A stretch of DNA of 64,000 nt from a virus. Its lineage: Duplodnaviria > Heunggongvirae > Uroviricota > Caudoviricetes. Location of the stretch: IMG/VR virus record IMGVR_UViG_3300033121_000823, positions 19,348-83,347 of that record; one strand, given 5' to 3'. Position 1 is the stretch's first letter. Each line of letters begins with the position of its first letter. Below the pieces are notes generated by a model that was not told the DNA's origin, made no database searches, and was given only the letters and a program-made list of their open reading frames with translations. Below, piece after piece: positions 53,159 to 62,833 of the stretch. Both the position numbers and the translations under genes were made by a program.

Positions 53159-54629
53159 TACTGCGAACCTCCTTTAAAGTATACTCTTTGAGTAATTTTC
53201 CATTAAGAAAAACTGGTTGCATAATATTCCACATCTTAAAAGATGCATTATATTCTTCCTTCGATAAATCTTCAACAAGCTCAAGTTTGGAAGTACGTTT
53301 TACTCCAAGTAAACCTCTCGCAGACTTCTTAACTCCATCATCAGTCTTTGGGTCTTTAAATACGTTGATAGACTTCCCATCTACTTCTCCATAAGTAGTC
53401 TTAACTGCAAATCCAAACGTATCTCTAGTAGTATACCTATAAGTGAATGAGCCAATTCCAAGAACAGGGATATTACTTGCGAAACCCTTACGTTTTAAGC
53501 CCTCTAAAATATCTCTTTGACGTTCCAAAGTAATTGAATCGCCATAAATAATTCCAATGTGTGGGTCAAGACTCTTGTAACCCTTACGAGTAAAGGAACC
53601 GCCGAAAATCTTATGCATCATTTCAACAGAACCATAATACTCTGGAGTTCCAAATGTAGCATCTTTATCGCCACAAATAATTTTAGTTGGATTACCGGAA
53701 TCGGGCCTGATTGTAACCTTACCACTCCTATTCATAATTTCATTCTTCAACTTTGGAAGAATTTCTGTAATGACCTTCCAATAGTCATAAGAATCACATA
53801 CAATGGAAACTATTCCATCTGGATATACTTCAGTGATTAACCGCTTAAACTGTTCGAGTTCTCCAGTCAATAAATCTTTTCCACTCGCGAGAATTGCTAT
53901 AGTTTGTGTTGAATGCTCTGTAGCAACAACAGATGTTCCAATTAGTCCTGTAGCACCATAATAGTGCTTAAGAAATTTTACGGCAGGAACTGTATCTGTA
54001 CCAGTAAATGATAATAAGTGGCCAGCTCCACTTAAACATGCACTTTCTAAGCCAGACATCCCTCTATAAGAGAAATCATGCCCTTGCCATTGCACAAAAT
54101 CTCTATCGCCAACCGTTTCATCGGCATATTCATTAAATACCCGTCTATATTCAGCAGCAATAGTGGCGGAAGTACATGGTTCCCAAAGTACATTCGACAT
54201 ACTTGTTTCTAAGAAGTTTGTTAACCAGAAAAAGTCTGGCAATGTATTATGAATAGTATACATTGGTACACGTAGAGGAACTTTAGTGCCCTCTGGTACT
54301 GCACAAATCTTAATTGGAAGATATCCTAATGTATGTAAATCACTTACATGCTTAGATGAAATGTCGCGACCAACAAAATCACGAATATTTTCTTCATGCT
54401 CTTCGAGAACAGAGCTTTTCGGTCGATTAAAAAAGTTATCATTCCACTGACGAATCAAATAATCCTTAATGTAATATTGTAATCCAAAAAATACAACCTC
54501 ATTAATATTTGGAATACGAGACCCACGCGGTGTAAAATTTGAATAAATTCGTTCAGTGTCTTGAGGATACTGATTTCTGTGGTCTAACTTATATGAATCA
54601 GTATATGTCAATGGCATCATTTCAATCAT
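53145..54629 (-). CDS. NAMPT-family enzyme (NadV or Namat)
   Basis: 494 aa; N-terminal LTYTDSYKLDHRNQYP and overall length fit the NAMPT family. Confidence 0.7.
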   Translation of the reverse strand: MIEMMPLTYTDSYKLDHRNQYPQDTERIYSNFTPRGSRIPNINEVVFFGLQYYIKDYLIRQWNDNFFNRPKSSVLEEHEENIRDFVGRDISSKHVSDLHTLGYLPIKICAVPEGTKVPLRVPMYTIHNTLPDFFWLTNFLETSMSNVLWEPCTSATIAAEYRRVFNEYADETVGDRDFVQWQGHDFSYRGMSGLESACLSGAGHLLSFTGTDTVPAVKFLKHYYGATGLIGTSVVATEHSTQTIAILASGKDLLTGELEQFKRLITEVYPDGIVSIVCDSYDYWKVITEILPKLKNEIMNRSGKVTIRPDSGNPTKIICGDKDATFGTPEYYGSVEMMHKIFGGSFTRKGYKSLDPHIGIIYGDSITLERQRDILEGLKRKGFASNIPVLGIGSFTYRYTTRDTFGFAVKTTYGEVDGKSINVFKDPKTDDGVKKSARGLLGVKRTSKLELVEDLSKEEYNASFKMWNIMQPVFLNGKLLKEYTLKEVRSNVAG

Positions 54630-54780
54630 TAGAGTACCCCTACCAAAATTTTAATTTGTTTTATTATTTTATACAGCGTATGAAATTTCTAAACATTGAC
54701 CAACTAGTATGGTATCACTTGGAGCGTCTCCAATATCATTACATAATTGTGGGGCATTGATTTTTAATGTATACACTATA

Positions 54781-55644
54781 TCAATCCTTCAAAATATCAT
54801 AGAAAAAGTTAATACCGTCCATCTGTTCATCACGGAATGAATTAGTAGTTGCTACCCAATCAATGTTGGGAATGGGGAGTAATTTGCTAAAGATTCCATG
54901 GTATACAGCAAGACCAACATGTTTGGCACCGTTTTCCTTTAAGAGTTTTGCAGTTCCGGCAAAAGTCCCACCACCATCACATAAATCGTCTAGAATTAAG
55001 CAGTTATTAGTCGGCTTTCCTTCAACAATTGTGAATCCAGTCAACTTACCATTTGGTTCTCGTACTTTTTCACACAATACTGTATCTGATGAACGTAAAA
55101 AGTTAAAACGGTCAACAGCGCCCTTATCGGGAATAACAATGGTTGGAAAATTGTCATCGCGTACATTTTTGTATTCACTGATTGAATTATAGAAAAATTC
55201 TTGCCCTTGTATTGGAAGAATAGTATTCTTTTCAGCAAACTTCTTATTTACCAACAGGTCAAAAAAGCTTTCACTGTGTGGACAATGAATCCATACATCG
55301 GAAACACTAAGATATTCCGATAAAATATCTAAGAATACCTTTTCTGTCCACGGACTTACATACTCTGTAGTTCTGTCCATTCGTTGGGCAGATAGGTACA
55401 AAATTTCCACAATTGGTTGTGTAGCACCATTCTTAGTAACTGTATCTAAGAGCATACATAGACGAACTAAGTCATCCCCCGTCTTAATACGGGCGAAAAT
55501 ATGTGGGTCACGCACAATCTTCTTAAGTGTGAAGTGCGGCATACCATCTGGCATTGTTACCCACGAAAGTTGCATACGTCCATCGTCAAAAATGTTTTTA
55601 TACACTAGATGTTTCTCCAAGTATTTTAAGTAGTCTAAGCTCAT
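54781..55644 (-). CDS. Prs-family enzyme (PRPP synthetase or ADPR-PP synthetase Adps)
   Basis: PRPP-binding loop CLILDDLCDGGGTFAGTAKLLKENGAKHV aligns with Prs [29 protein letters not shown]; divergent N-terminal half. Confidence 0.65.
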   Translation of the reverse strand: MSLDYLKYLEKHLVYKNIFDDGRMQLSWVTMPDGMPHFTLKKIVRDPHIFARIKTGDDLVRLCMLLDTVTKNGATQPIVEILYLSAQRMDRTTEYVSPWTEKVFLDILSEYLSVSDVWIHCPHSESFFDLLVNKKFAEKNTILPIQGQEFFYNSISEYKNVRDDNFPTIVIPDKGAVDRFNFLRSSDTVLCEKVREPNGKLTGFTIVEGKPTNNCLILDDLCDGGGTFAGTAKLLKENGAKHVGLAVYHGIFSKLLPIPNIDWVATTNSFRDEQMDGINFFYDILKD

Positions 55645-56278
55645 GTGTTGAATTAGTTAAATCATGTACTTCATCGAATCCATTTACATTAAATAATCCA
55701 TGAAGAAATCGTAATGGATAGTCTTGATAAGGAATGATTTCCTTTAGTTCCTTAACAGATTTATTTTGACAATAATCATGCCCATACAAGTGTTGAGCAA
55801 TTCTCTGTATAGAGTTACGATGACAATCTAAATAGCGGCTATAAAAATAGTTACAAGCCTCATGAATTGATGGAACGGAAAATACGCGGCAGTCAAAAGT
55901 GCCGTAAAAGCCCGTCTTATCATTTCTCATTTCCTCCGTAAGGAAGATAGAACATGTAGTAGCGAATAAACTGCATAGTTTGTTGATTCGGCCCGAATAG
56001 ATTAGCTGAGACTGTTCCTCTGTTGGCCGCCAACAAAAACTTATTTCATCAGATGAAGTGAAAGCATATGGAAAATTATACTCTTCACAGATATATTCCA
56101 TACACTTTTGCATTACCCAAGAGAAATTACTATCAAATGGCTGAGTTAGTTTATGCCTTTTCAGAACTTTTGAAAAGTTAACTCCATCAACTCTTACAAT
56201 AATCCACTCATTATGAGGAGCTTGTAAATCGAGTTTCTTTTCATAGTCTTTCATACGATTCGACAAATCGAGAGTCAT
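55598..56278 (-). CDS. hypothetical protein
   Basis: 226 aa ORF. Confidence 0.4.
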   Translation of the reverse strand: MTLDLSNRMKDYEKKLDLQAPHNEWIIVRVDGVNFSKVLKRHKLTQPFDSNFSWVMQKCMEYICEEYNFPYAFTSSDEISFCWRPTEEQSQLIYSGRINKLCSLFATTCSIFLTEEMRNDKTGFYGTFDCRVFSVPSIHEACNYFYSRYLDCHRNSIQRIAQHLYGHDYCQNKSVKELKEIIPYQDYPLRFLHGLFNVNGFDEVHDLTNSTHELRLLKILGETSSV

Positions 56279-56883
56279 GTAATTGTTACCTTAAATGGTT
56301 TATTACTTGGAATATACTTTGATGTTTCTGTCAACCTAATGAATAGACGTTTACCATCTCTAATAGCAGGAGTCGCACGATGCAAGTGCTCACTATACGT
56401 ATACACTTGCAAAGGTTTAATAGAAGAAAAAATGATAGGGCGAACCTTACAAGCAAGGCCAAGTACCTTATCCCAATTTACTCGCCCCTTATCCGGCACA
56501 TATACCGTCCTATCCTCGCTTAAGAATTGTGTGGCCGAAACATCACTACTAATAAATAGATTGTGAATCTCACCGACCGGTTCTTCGATTGGATTTGGTG
56601 TACAGTCTATATGCCAAAATGGCAGGGCAGGCACATCATCTTTTTTCAAGTTATGCACTTTAATATCTACAAGTACATACTTATGAATATTAAAAATGTT
56701 GATTGAAGATAATACTTCGCGGACATAATCCGTGGTATTCTTCATTACGAAATCGTAATCGCCCCATTTATATGAGGTCGCCGGAAAATCTTCTTCTTTT
56801 GGCGGCGGCATACATTTTTTCCCTATTAACGCGGACGGTAGTCCGCTAATTGTGTATAGGGATTGATTTACTTGAATATCCAT
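56275..56883 (-). CDS. hypothetical protein, possible Fe(II)/2OG oxygenase-like
   Basis: FWHIDCTP (HxD) and later HLHRAT. Confidence 0.25.
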   Translation of the reverse strand: MDIQVNQSLYTISGLPSALIGKKCMPPPKEEDFPATSYKWGDYDFVMKNTTDYVREVLSSINIFNIHKYVLVDIKVHNLKKDDVPALPFWHIDCTPNPIEEPVGEIHNLFISSDVSATQFLSEDRTVYVPDKGRVNWDKVLGLACKVRPIIFSSIKPLQVYTYSEHLHRATPAIRDGKRLFIRLTETSKYIPSNKPFKVTIT

Positions 56884-57042
56884 CGCTCTTCCTTTGGAAG
56901 AAAGGATTGAAGCATAATAAAGTTAACAGTTTGTCTTACTAGTAAGTTTCTTACTTCTTCATTAACTTCAGAAGAAAAGATAATTTGAATTGTAAGTAGA
57001 GTAATAACAGTAATTTGAAAAATGCTACCAATTTTCAAGAAG

Positions 57043-57267
57043 TTATAAAGCATTAAGCACCTTCAATACTTCATACTTAGCACTCTCCAAGTGTTCCTCA
57101 GTCCCATAAGCAAATACATTGGCAGGACTGTTCTTACACCAAATTTCATACTGTTCATCAGTTAGAATATGCCACGAATAATTCTTTCCATTATTAAAGA
57201 CTTGTCCGACCATTCCTTTAGAACGAATAGCACATAGTTCATTGCTCAAATTAGACATGTGAAACAT
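57043..57267 (-). CDS. hypothetical protein
   Basis: 74 aa ORF. Confidence 0.35.
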   Translation of the reverse strand: MFHMSNLSNELCAIRSKGMVGQVFNNGKNYSWHILTDEQYEIWCKNSPANVFAYGTEEHLESAKYEVLKVLNAL

Positions 57268-57833
57268 TATTGTGCAGTCTCCTCATTGTGATGGTCAACA
57301 AAATTGATTGGACGGCTAGCCATAATTTCCCTAACTTCATTGAATGATAGAGGTTTTTTCCAAACGTCCCATCCAATGTCGATAGTTTTTCCGCCAATAT
57401 CCTCTAATGAACCATGTGAATGTCCATATAAGCACCATGAACCATGATGGCTTTTTTGCCATACACGCATGGCGTAATGAGACATTACAATAAATTGTTT
57501 ATTGATTCGTCGTTCTAGGAACGAATGAGTTTCCGTAAATAAGTGTCGATAATACTTTCGAATGTTATCGTCATGATTGCCATAAATAAGAATGATATTT
57601 CGGCATCGAACCATGTTTCGGAATTCTAGAACACGTTCCTTACCACCAAATGACCAATCGCCCAAATGGTACAACGTATCATTCTCATCTACATGAGAGT
57701 TGATTACATCTGCAATATGCTTCGTCATAACAAATTCATCGGCGTAGGTTCTATATCCTTTATCCCAGTCTGATACAATTGGACCTGCGATATTCTTATG
57801 AAACGCATGAGTGTCCGAAATAAAATATTCCAT
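57267..57833 (-). CDS. calcineurin-like metallophosphoesterase
   Basis: FISDTHAFH, HLGDWSF, YGNHDDN, GHSHG motifs. Confidence 0.65.
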   Translation of the reverse strand: MEYFISDTHAFHKNIAGPIVSDWDKGYRTYADEFVMTKHIADVINSHVDENDTLYHLGDWSFGGKERVLEFRNMVRCRNIILIYGNHDDNIRKYYRHLFTETHSFLERRINKQFIVMSHYAMRVWQKSHHGSWCLYGHSHGSLEDIGGKTIDIGWDVWKKPLSFNEVREIMASRPINFVDHHNEETAQ

Positions 57834-58508
57834 TTATCGTTGCTCCAACGTCGGTTTAAGCCATAAATCATCTTCAAACAAAAACCACATTCCAAATCCA
57901 TCTAGAGTCCTAAAAGAGCTAATACTATCCGCCCTGAACATCTTAAAGAGTTCTTCGCGAATTCTTTCTTTTGAAATACCAGACAAAAGACCTTTTAGGT
58001 CAGAATCATATAGAAAGGAAGAAATTTCCTTATCTAACTTAAATCCTAAGGTAATTGCGAAGCGAAATGCTCGCAAAATTCTAAGTCCATCCTCAGTAAA
58101 ACGCTTCTCTGGCGAACCAACACAACGGATAATTCGCTGAGCAATATCCTTAATTCCACCATGTGGGTCAATATACGTTCCATCGTACTTTGCGATAGCA
58201 TTCATCGTAAAGTCACGACGCTCCAAATCGTCGTAAATACTTCCAGCTTCAACCTTATCAGGATGTCTTCCATCATTATAAGCTCCATCCTTTCGACAAA
58301 GAACATAATCAGTAGTTCCAATACCTGGAATCTTAGCACGAATAGTTAGGAACTGTGGAGTTTCCAAAAAGATTGTTCCGCCAATTCTAAGAATTTCTTT
58401 CCTCATTTCATCGTATGATGATGCTTCTACAGAAAAGTCAATATCCTTACTATTCCTTCCAATAATTTCATCACGAACACAGCCACCAACCTTATAGAAC
58501 TTGACCAT
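57834..58508 (-). CDS. CCA-adding tRNA nucleotidyltransferase (minimal head domain)
   Basis: YKVGGCVRDEIIGRNSKDIDF is the class II CCA/poly(A) polymerase GGxVRD..D.D motif; likely start at MVKFYKVGG. Confidence 0.65.
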   Translation of the reverse strand: MVKFYKVGGCVRDEIIGRNSKDIDFSVEASSYDEMRKEILRIGGTIFLETPQFLTIRAKIPGIGTTDYVLCRKDGAYNDGRHPDKVEAGSIYDDLERRDFTMNAIAKYDGTYIDPHGGIKDIAQRIIRCVGSPEKRFTEDGLRILRAFRFAITLGFKLDKEISSFLYDSDLKGLLSGISKERIREELFKMFRADSISSFRTLDGFGMWFLFEDDLWLKPTLEQR

Positions 58509-58995
58509 AGAAGCCAGTCTCCGTGTCAAAAGTAATGTCCATCTTAATACCAGTTGCTCTAACGTCAAGCTTTCCACACTGCTCAATCAGATATTGAGTA
58601 TTTTGCCACCGCAAAACCATCTTATTTATGGTTCCAAATGGTACGTTATGAACGCCGCGATTAAAACATTCATCAGCATTAAATGAGAATGTTTCGTAGA
58701 AGATTACACTGGAAAAATACTTTTTAGCCAATTTAACATAATCTTTACATTCCTTCCACGTAATATTCATATTGTCGACAATTGGAATATTTCCATCAGC
58801 AAGAATCTTCTCGACTCTCTGCTTATTCAAGTTGTGAAATACTCCAAGTTTACTAGCATCAAATTGATAAGTTCCGTCCTTGATAAAGTACGAATCTGTA
58901 GAACAAATCAACGAGTTGTGATAATAGTGCATTTGGATAAAGTTAGCCAAAGTACTTTTACCACTACCCGGAAGTCCACGCATAATAATTAACAT
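58492..58995 (-). CDS. P-loop polynucleotide kinase-like protein
   Basis: Walker A GLPGSGKSTLA; 167 aa; adjacent to phosphoesterase and CCA enzyme. Confidence 0.55.
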   Translation of the reverse strand: MLIIMRGLPGSGKSTLANFIQMHYYHNSLICSTDSYFIKDGTYQFDASKLGVFHNLNKQRVEKILADGNIPIVDNMNITWKECKDYVKLAKKYFSSVIFYETFSFNADECFNRGVHNVPFGTINKMVLRWQNTQYLIEQCGKLDVRATGIKMDITFDTETGFYGQVL

Positions 58996-59039
58996 ACGAA
59001 TTCATTCTAGGCTCCAACATTATACTATGTAGAGACCTG

Positions 59040-59498
59040 TTACGCAAGGGGGTCAAAATATTGACGATAGAGTTTTGAATTGATGGGTTGTGCATACAAC
59101 CTTTTGAAAATATTTGATTCAATATACGGAACGTAGAGTTTGCTTAAAAGAAGTCTCTTGAATTCCATAATTGAAGTTACTTCAAAAAGTTTCCACATTC
59201 TGTAGTAGAAAAGGCTGTAGCAACTTCTAACAAATTGTATTCCTTCCTCATTAAATCTATTTGTAAGGAAATAAGATAGTGGCTTATTTCTTTCATTGTT
59301 GCATCCATAGCAACATGCGACGACATTCGCCGGGTAATTCTTACCACCTAAACATACAGGAATTATATGTTCTGTTGTACGAGTTGTTGGCGTCAAATTC
59401 TTATTACAGAAGAAGCATACTTTTACTTCTTTAGTTACTGGAATTATACCACTTCTTTTTCTTTTACGTTTTGATTTAACTACCATTTTAGTTTCCAC
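59040..59498 (-). CDS. small HNH endonuclease
   Basis: CFFCNK...TEHIIPVCLGGKNYPANVVACCYGCNNERNK. Confidence 0.6.
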   Translation of the reverse strand: METKMVVKSKRKRKRSGIIPVTKEVKVCFFCNKNLTPTTRTTEHIIPVCLGGKNYPANVVACCYGCNNERNKPLSYFLTNRFNEEGIQFVRSCYSLFYYRMWKLFEVTSIMEFKRLLLSKLYVPYIESNIFKRLYAQPINSKLYRQYFDPLA

Positions 59499-59731
59499 GC
59501 TTGTTCAAGATGCATTCTTTCGCGAAATATTGATAGTTCTAGCTCTATTTGATACTGTTGTTCTATCTTAGTAGATTCTTCAATAAATTTATCAAAGGTA
59601 TTCCAGCATCTTTGTGAAAGGTAGTATAAACTACCAATTCTCTTATAGTTCGGCCTATATTTCTTAACAAAGTCATTAAACAACTTATTGTTAACGTATT
59701 GTCTTTCAACAAGACGACACAGCTTAAACAT
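59480..59731 (-). CDS. hypothetical protein
   Basis: 83 aa ORF. Confidence 0.35.
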   Translation of the reverse strand: MFKLCRLVERQYVNNKLFNDFVKKYRPNYKRIGSLYYLSQRCWNTFDKFIEESTKIEQQYQIELELSIFRERMHLEQAWKLKW

Positions 59732-60068
59732 CAGTATTCTCCATCAAATTCAAGTAAGAGAATTGCGACGATTGCATATAGTGCAAACCACCAGAAACCA
59801 CACGTAAAAAGTATTGCAAGTCCAATAAGTATTACGACCAATTCAATTAGTTGCATCACTTAACCTCGTATTCAAAAGTCTTACAAAATTTGATGCATTT
59901 ATCTTTGCAAACATACCAAAAAATTGGCAAATAACGAGATTATCCTGAAAGACAAGAACTTGAGTAAATCTATCATCAACATCCTTATTGTACATTTCAT
60001 GTTCACGTCCGATATTCTGCGTAGTAAACACTTAGATGTTCCTTATGTGCGGCGAGGAGACTAGTTTA

Positions 60069-60348
60069 GCTACTACAAAAAGAAAGTAGTGATATAGCCA
60101 AATAGAAGAATAGCAAATGTTACAATATTTAGAGCTGTTAGCTTTACACACGTTGGGTATTTTTCATCATTGGGAATAAATTTCAAATTCGCTAAATTTA
60201 GAATTAACATGATTCCATACGCCTGAGGAAATGTCAACAAGGCAGTTCCAAAAGTAGTTACAATGAACCACGCCCATAAAAGCTTGAATGTAAGAGCCTA
60301 GAACATTCCTGTCAAAATAGCGTAAACAAAACTTCCAAAATGTGCCAT
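60069..60348 (-). CDS. small membrane protein with in-frame TAG at codon 17 and TAGTAG terminator
   Basis: RBS AGGAGAATTAAG-ATG, then MAHFGSFVYAILTGMF-TAG-ALTFKLLWAWFIVTTFGTALLTF... (74 more hydrophobic codons), ending TTG TAG TAG. No ATG/GTG near the start of the downstream part. Confidence 0.4.
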
Positions 60349-60358
60349 CTTAATTCTC

Positions 60359-60553
60359 CTAAGTCATAATGATAAAATCAACATCACCACCAACTTTACA
60401 TCTTTCCAAGAATTGTTTATCTGGAAAAACTATGACATTAGTTACAGTTTCCAAATCTAAAAATCCAAGATTATCACCAATTCTAGGAACGAAATTTGTA
60501 TTTTTACATACTTGTTTTAGTGTCTTGCTGCTTACAAAGATTATTCTATACAT
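60359..60553 (-). CDS. hypothetical protein (TAG stop), paralog of next ORF
   Basis: Shares PR(I/V)GD...FP.K..L with 60557..60784. Confidence 0.4.
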   Translation of the reverse strand: MYRIIFVSSKTLKQVCKNTNFVPRIGDNLGFLDLETVTNVIVFPDKQFLERCKVGGDVDFIIMT

Positions 60554-60556
60554 CGT

Positions 60557-60784
60557 TTACTCCGCAAAAACTATGGCAACGTAATCATTATTTGGATAAT
60601 TATTTCCAGGTAAATTTATTTTATTCAAATAATCTTTTGTTGGAAACAAAAGAACCTGCTTAACGACTGGAAATAATCCATTTACTTTAGGACAACATAC
60701 TAACATATCTCCTACACGAGGAATAATAGGAGCAATCATTACAAGCGATGAAGTCATACTAAAATTGGATATGTATATCTTCAT
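60557..60784 (-). CDS. hypothetical protein, paralog of 60359..60553
   Basis: 75 aa ORF. Confidence 0.4.
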   Translation of the reverse strand: MKIYISNFSMTSSLVMIAPIIPRVGDMLVCCPKVNGLFPVVKQVLLFPTKDYLNKINLPGNNYPNNDYVAIVFAE

Positions 60785-61076
60785 ACTAGCTCCTCAAACT
60801 GATTGAAGCAATTTGTACTCCATAGTAATCACCACGCATATCATATTGACGTTTATATTCATCAATAATTTTTTCAATGTCAAACTTCATTAGATAGTAT
60901 TGAGTAGTAAGTTGAATGACTACAATCAATCTGTTCGTTTCTTTTTCGATTACTAAGATTGAGTTCATGCTAATCGCGCCTTTCTAGCAAAGAAAGTAAA
61001 GTTTTCTATTATGTTGTACTTGTGATGGACGCAACGATTCTACTTCTTTTTGAGTTAGCATAAACTATTAATCCTT

Positions 61077-61787
61077 TTAAGATGTGGACGCAATTAATTT
61101 ACAATATCTAATAAATTCATCTTGTGATAACTCATTTTTCATATAATTAACAGTCCTATGTACTATTTGAATATTATCTTTAGTATAACCTAAATTATTA
61201 TTAATTCTATCTACTGATGCAGTACCATCAGTAAAAGATATTGAAATATTAGATAATATACATTTGTATTTTTGCTGAACCAGTAAGTTTTCTATGTCTT
61301 GTAATGTTATCTCAAATATTCTATTTTTCCTCTTAGATTCTCCTTTTAATTTTGAAAAATACCGTTTTATATTTTTAACTTTATTTGATGGAATAAATTT
61401 TGATGATTTATGACATAATATACATCCAGATTCATTATAATTAAATATATCTGCTTTTTTATAAGATATATTACCACAGTCGCATTTAGTTTGATAATAT
61501 ATAACTGGTCTATTTTTTATATATTCTCTTTTATATCCAATAACAGTTAATGTGCCGCGTTTTTCGCCAATTGGTATTGTTACACAATATTTACAATTAC
61601 GTTTATTATTTAATGTGTTAGCAACAATTATTTGTTCTGTATTACACTTTTTACATTTTACTAAAATAATATCTAAAGGATACTTATAGTGTTTACCTTT
61701 AGTTTTTTCTCCTACCTTATCTAAGATAGTATAGGTAGGATGATTAAGTTGTTTCCATTCATCATTAGTTTTATGTAAAGTAGTCAT
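61077..61787 (-). CDS. Mob-like HNH homing endonuclease paralog
   Basis: CDCGN...C zinc finger and ASVDRINNNLGYTKDNIQIVHRTVNYMKN. Confidence 0.5.
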   Translation of the reverse strand: MTTLHKTNDEWKQLNHPTYTILDKVGEKTKGKHYKYPLDIILVKCKKCNTEQIIVANTLNNKRNCKYCVTIPIGEKRGTLTVIGYKREYIKNRPVIYYQTKCDCGNISYKKADIFNYNESGCILCHKSSKFIPSNKVKNIKRYFSKLKGESKRKNRIFEITLQDIENLLVQQKYKCILSNISISFTDGTASVDRINNNLGYTKDNIQIVHRTVNYMKNELSQDEFIRYCKLIASTS

Positions 61788-61840
61788 TGTATATCCTATT
61801 CATGGTTTATCTATCCATGAATATATACACCTAACTACTT

Positions 61841-62566
61841 TTATTTTTGCCTTTTTAAGGCATATAAAGCTCTTACAGCATCACTATTCTTTTTTTGCTG
61901 CCCATGCAAAACGAGACAAAAACTTTCTTCTTTCGTCAGTGGATTTGCAGCATGACTATCATCCTCGTCGATAGGCATATTTCCAGCCTCATGACGATTG
62001 AAGATAACCTTTGAATAACGAAGATTATTTTCAACAATCATGTGGTCAAGTCTACCTCCATACGAGGCAGTTAATACGAAATTGGCAGGAATATCCTTAA
62101 TTTTATTTGACCAAACTTTGAGATTCTTTGTGTAAGCATAGAATAGTCTATCGCTATGTAGCTCTGCCATTCTTACCCACGCATCAAAATATGCCTGAGA
62201 AAAGAAATCGCCCGAACTATGTATTCTACACACTCCTAGATTAGAAGGCATCGAGTCATTTAATAGAGAAAAAATGTGTGAAGATGTTTTTGCCGACCTA
62301 ACCAATTTCGTATTATGGTCGTCCGACGCAAACTTTGCCTTATACAATACTTCCAATGAGGCCGCGTAACACCTAAACTTTGTGTGCGGCCCGTCCACTA
62401 TCTTCCCATCAACAACCTTAGATAGACACTCATTACTATAGGGGCAAGTATGTCCCGCCAGTAAGTCGAGCGAATATATCTTTCGGTCGCCGCCTAAATA
62501 CTTCTTAATCCAAGGAGCTTTAGCAAGCTTTTGTAGCTTGCTGTTTGCCTTGGAAAACTTCAACAT
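61841..62566 (-). CDS. hypothetical protein
   Basis: 241 aa ORF. Confidence 0.45.
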   Translation of the reverse strand: MLKFSKANSKLQKLAKAPWIKKYLGGDRKIYSLDLLAGHTCPYSNECLSKVVDGKIVDGPHTKFRCYAASLEVLYKAKFASDDHNTKLVRSAKTSSHIFSLLNDSMPSNLGVCRIHSSGDFFSQAYFDAWVRMAELHSDRLFYAYTKNLKVWSNKIKDIPANFVLTASYGGRLDHMIVENNLRYSKVIFNRHEAGNMPIDEDDSHAANPLTKEESFCLVLHGQQKKNSDAVRALYALKRQK

Positions 62567-62582
62567 ACTTATTTTTCTCCTG

Positions 62583-62789
62583 TTACCACCAAAGTGTTTT
62601 CTTTTTCTTTACAATCACATATTCTATCTCAGATAGAGCGATATTCATGATTTGAATATTTTTGTCGAGAACTATCAATTCCATGGAATTTATAGAATCG
62701 CCCGAATATTTAATCTTAAACTCTTTAAACCATATGGAGATAGAGTTTCCACTTTTAAAGCCAATTTCAACTAGTGAAGCTTCTTTCAT
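62583..62789 (-). CDS. hypothetical protein
   Basis: 68 aa ORF. Confidence 0.35.
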   Translation of the reverse strand: MKEASLVEIGFKSGNSISIWFKEFKIKYSGDSINSMELIVLDKNIQIMNIALSEIEYVIVKKKKTLWW

Positions 62790-62833
62790 GTTTTTTCTCT
62801 ATTAACTTTTGATAAATCTGAATAATCGCGAAG

